Below, one piece after another: positions 58,617 through 64,000 of a DNA stretch of 64,000 bases. The stretch's first letter is position 1. Every line of letters starts with the position of its first letter. The notes beneath the pieces are model-generated. The model ran no database searches. It was not told the origin of the DNA and saw only the letters and a list, made by a program, of their open reading frames with translations. Source of the DNA: a virus (taxonomy: Duplodnaviria; Caudoviricetes); IMG/VR virus record IMGVR_UViG_3300032018_000005, positions 239 through 64,238 of that record, one strand, 5' to 3'. The translations under genes and the position numbers were made by a program.

Positions 58617-58992
58617 GGAGAAGTGAGAATGAGCAAAGCAAAAGATTATCCTTGTTCGGCTATGTATTTAGCTATTGTTTCAGTTGATGCCTCTCAGTAG
58701 AACAAACAAAGTAACCAAAAGAATTACATAAATAATATCATTCGTATTGGTCAATTTGACTGCTACGGAGAAGAAATAAAGTCGCATGCAATAGGCGACT
58801 TGGGAGAAATCCCATTGGCCCTACAGAAAATGACTAATAAAATCGAGAGGTCTGGCATATTATTGTCAGTTGGTCATGGGAGTGGGCAAGCTGCACGATC
58901 TTTAGTCGCGTGCAGTAGTTGACCGTTGCGGAAATCGAATATAACGATTCAATTTAAGGAGAAGTGAGAATGAGCAAAGCAAAAGATTATCC
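58587..58992. repeat. 65-bp direct repeat (58587-58651, 58928-58992) flanking ncRNA copy 2
   Basis: gcggaaatcgaatataacg...gcaaaagattatcc occurs twice. Confidence 0.92.
58741..58934 (+). ncRNA. Unassigned structured RNA, copy 2
   Basis: Near-identical to 12585-12765; CATAAATA late-promoter-like motif just upstream. Confidence 0.7.
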
Positions 58993-59330
58993 ATCATCGC
59001 AACCATTTAATGTAAATCCTCGTCGTAATTTGACGAAGCATAATAGTTGGTGGGCGTCTCCACCATACAATAATAATAAAAAACAAACAAAGGCATAATA
59101 TGCTTGTTATAATTGGCATACAAATAGCATTGTGTATTTGTTGTTTTATTGCTGGTATTTTTCTACTTTACAACGAAAAAGCATAGAGGAATAATATGAA
59201 AACCAAAGACCTTATGTCGATGTTAATTATCGCATGTATCAATCGTGATAAGGTGGCAGAGAAAGAGATTTGGTTGGAAATATTGAAGAAATCGTTAAAA
59301 CGTAAAAAGACTTATGCGGTAAAATAAAGA

Positions 59331-59604
59331 ATTGTCGTAATCCCACGAATGTAAGGCTTGTAAGACGCGGGTTCGATTCCCGCCGGCTCCACCAAAAGCA
59401 TTTTAGTTTTCTGTATAAAATAATTATAATGCTTTTGATGGGGCCGACCAGGCTTCGATTGCGAGAGATAGAATAGTGGCGGCAGGTGAGTTGACTGACC
59501 TAATCAGCAAAAAAACGTAAATGCAAACGATACTGCATGGGCTCTTCAAGCGTAAGCTAAAGACCTGAGGTTCTTCTAGTCGTCCTTATCACCCAATCGA
59601 CTAG
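59331..59604 (+). ncRNA. ssrA: Circularly permuted (two-piece) tmRNA; tag ANDTAWALQA
   Basis: 3' end gacgcgggttcgattcccgccggctccacca (to 59394) precedes 5' end ggggccga (59440); intervening inverted repeat; tag ORF at 59523-59555. Confidence 0.9.
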
Positions 59605-59788
59605 ATTTACAATATCGGAGTCCGAGGTTAAGCCGATTAATAAATTCCTCGGGCCAATTTATGCCAAGTTGACGTGTGAAGATTATACTGGTTCTAGTCA
59701 AATACTTGGTGCCAAATTAAATGCGTGGGTTTTAGTACCAACAGGAGTTCAACTCCAGCTATCACTACCGTTATATAAGGGAGTAATT

Positions 59789-60382
59789 ATGGAGAAGATT
59801 CTAATATGTGATAGAGGTGGTATGCCTCATCATTGGGCATCATGGGAAGATGCTGTAGTTCTCAAATATAAAAATCTCCTATCGTATGAACAAGGAGAGC
59901 CATCAGTGTTCCGTGGTGGCACTTCTCGCATAACTGGCAATCGTACAGCGATTGATATTGGGAAAATTGTATTCTTGAAAGAGACATTAAAATACGATTG
60001 TAGAATACCACCATTGACTAACCAAAATCTATTTGCTAGAGATAGAAACATATGTGCATATTGTGGCAGACATTTCAGAGAAGATAAATTGAGTAGAGAC
60101 CATATTATTCCTGTTTCATGTAACGGAGAAAATACGTGGATGAATTGCGTTACCGCATGTAGACCATGTAATCACATCAAAGCAAATTTACCAATCGGGA
60201 AAGCCAAAGATGAAAATGGAGATAAGATGGTATTATTATATGTCCCATATGTACCATCACATGCTGAACGGCTTATTCTGCAAAGTAGACATCTGCTAGC
60301 AGATCAAATGGAATACCTTAGAGCATTTTTGCCTGACCATAGTAGAATATTAACTGGTGATATTATACTAGGACTGCAATAA
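59789..60382 (+). CDS. HNH endonuclease (tRNA-array-associated type)
   Basis: LFARDRNICAYCG...DHIIP...GENTWMNCVTACRPCNHIK. Confidence 0.9.
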   Translation: MEKILICDRGGMPHHWASWEDAVVLKYKNLLSYEQGEPSVFRGGTSRITGNRTAIDIGKIVFLKETLKYDCRIPPLTNQNLFARDRNICAYCGRHFREDKLSRDHIIPVSCNGENTWMNCVTACRPCNHIKANLPIGKAKDENGDKMVLLYVPYVPSHAERLILQSRHLLADQMEYLRAFLPDHSRILTGDIILGLQ

Positions 60383-60507
60383 TTCAACCCTGTAAGTCTT
60401 AGGATTTACAGGGTTTTTCTTTTCCTGGAAAATATAGTTGACATTAAATCCTAAATCATTATAATAGCTGATATCGAGGCACTAATGACTTAGGAGAATA
60501 AAATGAT
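60351..60507 (+). repeat. Terminator + early promoter + RBS repeat, copy 1
   Basis: aaccctgtaagtcttaggatttacagggttttt...ttgaca-N16-tataat...ttaggagaa; repeated at 61849-62000. Confidence 0.9.
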
Positions 60508-60727
60508 TGTTGCAGATTTTATCGAATGGCTTAACGCCCAAGATCAAGGCGCGACAGTTGAAGTGCTTGTTGGGGAACGGTCGAGAGGTTATGATGGAGA
60601 CACATACCATAAGGTTGACTTTGATCCAGAAAAGCATATTGACTATATAGACATGCGCGGAAATCCGTTTGGTGTAGGAAAGCCATACGAGAACGACAGG
60701 ACGCTTTTTCTTGGCTATTCGGATTGA
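60503..60727 (+). CDS. Cassette-like hypothetical protein
   Basis: RBS; followed by TCATAAC. Confidence 0.7.
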   Translation: MIVADFIEWLNAQDQGATVEVLVGERSRGYDGDTYHKVDFDPEKHIDYIDMRGNPFGVGKPYENDRTLFLGYSD

Positions 60728-60728
60728 C

Positions 60729-60806
60729 TCATAACGTAGAAGTGAAACGGAGAACGAAATGAACATAACTGAACCAAACAATACCGCTTCGACTGTAGGA
60801 TTAGGC
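60729..60806 (+). mobile_element. attC-like site containing the RBS and ATG of the next gene
   Basis: TCATAAC gtaga AGTGAA ... TTCGACT gtagg ATTAGGC. Confidence 0.65.
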
Positions 60807-61061
60807 GTTGAACCTGATGCATGGGCTACAAAAATAATGTGTATAGGGCCTGAGTATGGCAAGACTTTTTATGGTAAATTACCAATGCAAAGTCTAAACC
60901 CATTGTTTTACTCGCATGAAAGGCTCTACTCTGAAAAGGCTGTGATTGGCTTAATGAAGGCTGCTTACTCTGATGGATACGCGGAAAGAGAGCAGGAATT
61001 GAGAGCGCAGCATAACGTGCCGCTCGAACGCAGGGTTAGTGGTTTAACAACAAGGAGATGA
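60759..61061 (+). CDS. Cassette-like hypothetical protein
   Basis: GGAG RBS; both ends run through attC-like sequence. Confidence 0.65.
   Translation: MNITEPNNTASTVGLGVEPDAWATKIMCIGPEYGKTFYGKLPMQSLNPLFYSHERLYSEKAVIGLMKAAYSDGYAEREQELRAQHNVPLERRVSGLTTRR
61010..61041 (+). mobile_element. Collapsed attC-like site
   Basis: GCATAAC gtg ccgCTCGAAC gcagg GTTAGTG. Confidence 0.7.
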
Positions 61062-61064
61062 ACT

Positions 61065-61268
61065 ATGGGATATAAAACGCCAGAAGAGGCAATTGAGGCC
61101 GAGCAGCCGGGGCCAGAATGCTATATTGATTTTGATGGGAATAACTGCGATGACTGCGTTGGATGGGATGGGCGGTCGAGACGTTGCGAATGCGGAAATC
61201 GCAGAGTTTCATGGACGTCATCAAAAAATGATGACGGAACTTTTGAAGCAATCGCGGAGGCATGGTGA
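61065..61268 (+). CDS. Cys-rich cassette-like protein
   Basis: AGGAG RBS; CDDC.GWDG.SRRCECGNRRV. Confidence 0.7.
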   Translation: MGYKTPEEAIEAEQPGPECYIDFDGNNCDDCVGWDGRSRRCECGNRRVSWTSSKNDDGTFEAIAEAW

Positions 61269-61269
61269 C

Positions 61270-61305
61270 ACCTAACGTGTAATTGCCTCAAATGCAGGGT
61301 TGTGC
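61270..61305 (+). mobile_element. Collapsed attC-like site
   Basis: ACCTAAC gtgtaattg cctcaaat gcagg GTTGTGC. Confidence 0.7.
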
Positions 61306-61327
61306 GTCAATTTTACGGAGATATGGC

Positions 61328-61633
61328 ATGGATAAAAGAATACTAACTTGCGTTTATTGTGGGCACGAATACCCGCAAGATACCCAGGCTCACGGCAGCG
61401 AAGTGCTGACAGATCACATTAAGATTTGTGAACAGCACCCGATGCGAAAAGCAGAGAGCGATATTGTATTGCTGCGGTCGGCGCTGGCTGGGCTGGTCGG
61501 CGCTGATACTGAGCAGGAATTGCAAGAGATGGCAGCTGCGGTGCGGGTAATACCCGACCCGGACGGCAACGCGACAGTTGCTCTCAATGCGATTCACGCG
61601 CTACTTTCGACCATGACGCACAACGTGATATAG
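61328..61633 (+). CDS. Cassette-like zinc-finger protein (CxxC...H...C..HP)
   Basis: GGAG RBS; ends in GCACAAC R'' site. Confidence 0.75.
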   Translation: MDKRILTCVYCGHEYPQDTQAHGSEVLTDHIKICEQHPMRKAESDIVLLRSALAGLVGADTEQELQEMAAAVRVIPDPDGNATVALNAIHALLSTMTHNVI

Positions 61634-61848
61634 GCAGCCTAACTAAAAATAACGATGACGCGTGTTGAGGCAAATGGAATCGGAGCGCAGAGAAATGAAT
61701 ACATAACAGGCACTGCGCCATGCAGACGAAAGCGCAGAAGGACTTTACATACTGCTGGATGCATTGAACACGGCGTATCCTGTGCCCCTAACGTAAACGT
61801 TCAAATTGAGCAAGGTTAACCACAGAGAAGGGTAACTACCCTCTAATG

Positions 61849-62000
61849 TAACTGGTGATATTATATTGCAATAATTCAACCCTGTAAGTCTTAGGATTTA
61901 CAGGGTTTTTCTTTTCCTGGAAAATATAGTTGACATTAAATCCTAAATCATTATAATAGCGGACATCGAGGCACTAATTATTTAGGAGAAATCAAATGAT
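61849..62000 (+). repeat. Terminator + early promoter + RBS repeat, copy 2
   Basis: Matches 60351-60507 including the last codons of the HNH gene. Confidence 0.9.
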
Positions 62001-62868
62001 CGTATTAAACAAAAAGACAAACGACTTCGAATATCATATAAATGGTAAAATGATTCGTAGATCAAAGAATCGTTCTAAGTTGGAACAAACTGTCATTGGT
62101 CTCGGATACAAATTAGATCAAGTAACAGCAACACACAATATCGGAGAAGTCATTGTTAAGAAGTCCGAATTTACAGTTTCTGAACGGTTTGAGTTCATTA
62201 CACAATTCACAAAATTAGCTGCTAAAGGAGTTATCCCAGGATTAGTAATCACTGGTGATGGTGGCTTGGGAAAAACTCATACTGTATTGGAGACAATGCA
62301 TTCTTTGAAATTGAAAGAGGACACTATTGGTACTGTTGATGGTGATTTCGTATTCATCAAGGGATATTCTACTCCACGCAATTTGTATACTAGTCTTTAC
62401 CATAACAACGGCAAAATTATCATATTCGATGATTGTGATTCTAGTTTTAAAGACCCAATTGGTGCTAATATTTTCAAAGCTGCATTGGATTCATATGCGA
62501 AGCGTATAATTAGTTGGGGCGCCGAATCTAAAGATGATTCTGTACCAAGTAGGTTTGAATTCACAGGCAAAGTTATCTTTATTAGCAATCTTACATTGGA
62601 CAAGTTCCCACAAGCGATTCTGAGCAGGTCAATGCTGGTCGATTTGACATTGAATCAAGAAGAAAAACTTGATAGGATTGAAGATGTATTCATGAACGAA
62701 ACACATTATGAGAAAGAAGACAAGATGGAAGTTCTTGCTTTCATTAAGAAAAATGTAGCAAAAGCCAAGGATTTAAACATCCGTAGCGCATTCAACATTA
62801 TCAAGATAAAGATGGCAATTGGTGAAGGTTGGGAAAAGCCAGCACTTTACAACTTTATGGTTAATTGA
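61996..62868 (+). CDS. P-loop (AAA-like) ATPase
   Basis: GDGGLGKT, IFDDCD, IFISN, SR. Confidence 0.85.
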   Translation: MIVLNKKTNDFEYHINGKMIRRSKNRSKLEQTVIGLGYKLDQVTATHNIGEVIVKKSEFTVSERFEFITQFTKLAAKGVIPGLVITGDGGLGKTHTVLETMHSLKLKEDTIGTVDGDFVFIKGYSTPRNLYTSLYHNNGKIIIFDDCDSSFKDPIGANIFKAALDSYAKRIISWGAESKDDSVPSRFEFTGKVIFISNLTLDKFPQAILSRSMLVDLTLNQEEKLDRIEDVFMNETHYEKEDKMEVLAFIKKNVAKAKDLNIRSAFNIIKIKMAIGEGWEKPALYNFMVN

Positions 62869-63258
62869 TTTGACATTTAATCCTAAATCATTATAATAGC
62901 GGCATCAGATCGAAACACAAACAACTTAGGAGAATAAAATGCAAGAATTACCTACAAACGAAGAATTAGAATCCTTGCAGATGTTTGCCAATAAATATGG
63001 CAGAACATGGAAGCGCAAGCTTGTCACAGCGTGGGAAACGGGTAGAGACACAAATGAGGATGGGTCGTACTTGTTGCGCCGTGTAAGAAACAGGTTTGGT
63101 GGGCATTGGTTGTTTTCAAAACACAATACAGTTCGCCCGCTGTCTCCTGCTTAACCCACAGGGGTTCGTCATGGTTAATTGATTTGACATTTAATTTTAA
63201 ATCATTATAATAGCTACATCAGATCGAAACACAAACAACTTAGGAGAATAAAATGCAA
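62857..63258 (+). repeat. 88-bp promoter/RBS direct repeat (62857-62944, 63171-63258) flanking one gene
   Basis: atggttaattgatttgacatttaat...tataatagc...ttaggagaataaaatgcaa occurs twice. Confidence 0.9.
62939..63154 (+). CDS. Hypothetical early protein
   Basis: Promoter plus RBS; YGRTWKRKL...W. Confidence 0.7.
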   Translation: MQELPTNEELESLQMFANKYGRTWKRKLVTAWETGRDTNEDGSYLLRRVRNRFGGHWLFSKHNTVRPLSPA

Positions 63259-63810
63259 ATGACACAATCAGAAATAATTCGTAAATTTCACGCATTCACT
63301 CCATCAACCCCATTCGGGCAGATGTTGTCTCAAGAGTTTGGTGTTGATGTTCCTCATTCAGCTCCTAAATATATGCAAGAATATTTGTATAAACATTGTG
63401 TAGTGGAACGCAACAAAGGTACGGTCGATGTAGTTAAAGTAGCAGCAGAAAAGGTAGAGGAATTTCTTAAAAAATTTCCATGGGTATCTGCTAAGTATGA
63501 TGAAACTGAAGCTGTTGTCTCCGCTTCAAAAAACGATTCACCGAGCAAAGTAAGTTATGTAATGAAAGAAGCTGCACAAATCGGACGTGGACGTGGCCGT
63601 GGTCTCCGAGTACCAAAAGATATAGCAGACGGCACTATCGAATTTTATGAAGTTAAATCAGTTTTTCAGTTGTATATCGGCGGCAAGCCAATAACAATCA
63701 GCAAATCTATTGAATCATTGAAAGATATAGCAAAACGCAAACACGGTATCACAGTGTTTGGTGGGATATACACCTTCTCAGGTTGTGTTGCAACTGCATA
63801 CAAAGGATAA
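63253..63810 (+). CDS. Hypothetical early protein
   Basis: Promoter plus AGGAG RBS. Confidence 0.7.
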   Translation: MQMTQSEIIRKFHAFTPSTPFGQMLSQEFGVDVPHSAPKYMQEYLYKHCVVERNKGTVDVVKVAAEKVEEFLKKFPWVSAKYDETEAVVSASKNDSPSKVSYVMKEAAQIGRGRGRGLRVPKDIADGTIEFYEVKSVFQLYIGGKPITISKSIESLKDIAKRKHGITVFGGIYTFSGCVATAYKG

Positions 63811-63813
63811 ATC

Positions 63814-64000
63814 ATGAAAACAAATGACATTAAAAAAGGCACCCGTGTACTATTACGCAATGGTTGGTTTGGTACGATGATGGACAATTTGAAAGGAAAT
63901 ACCCGTATGGTCGATGTTGAAGGATATTCAAGGGAAATTGGCTCAGTTTATTCTTGGGATATTGTCGAAGCATATACAGAATCGGGGGACCCTGTATCAG
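63814..64000 (+). CDS. Hypothetical protein, truncated by window end (MKTNDIKKGTRVLLRNGW...)
   Basis: AAGGA RBS; open to the window edge. Confidence 0.65.
   Translation, partial: MKTNDIKKGTRVLLRNGWFGTMMDNLKGNTRMVDVEGYSREIGSVYSWDIVEAYTESGDPVS

Noticed and set aside
59669-59788. N-terminal extension of the HNH ORF
   Set aside because: TTG start lies within tRNA-like hairpins; the GGGAG RBS supports the ATG at 59789

Overview
AT-rich segment of a T4-like (Tevenvirinae-related) lytic myophage genome, almost all on the + strand. The host is probably a Betaproteobacterium, inferred from a two-piece tmRNA, a tRNA-array HNH and beta-type attC-like sites. It carries the replication, recombination and transcription core (gp3, uvsY, uvsW, gp55, gp47/46, rIIA/B, gp45/44/62, regA, gp61, gp30, gp43, uvsX, gp40, gp41, dsbA, rnh). 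It also has nucleotide metabolism genes (thyX, nrdA/B, dCMP deaminase, NTP pyrophosphatases), RNA repair (rnlA, pseT), clpP, phoH, a roughly 13-tRNA array and a permuted tmRNA. The notable observations are: (1) two GC-richer arrays of small ORFs separated by integron attC-like sites with the R''/R' complementarity of mobile cassettes, placed behind phage early promoters and bracketed by long direct repeats; (2) a 7-deazaguanine DNA-modification operon (folE, dpdA-like, dpdL-like) extended by a glycosyltransferase and a radical SAM/SPASM enzyme; (3) two paralogous proteins built from 9-aa repeats with a hypervariable diresidue; (4) a roughly 180-nt structured RNA present twice; (5) atypical tRNAs (three with C33) and a non-canonical tmRNA tag. 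All calls come from reading the sequence by eye; no searches were run.
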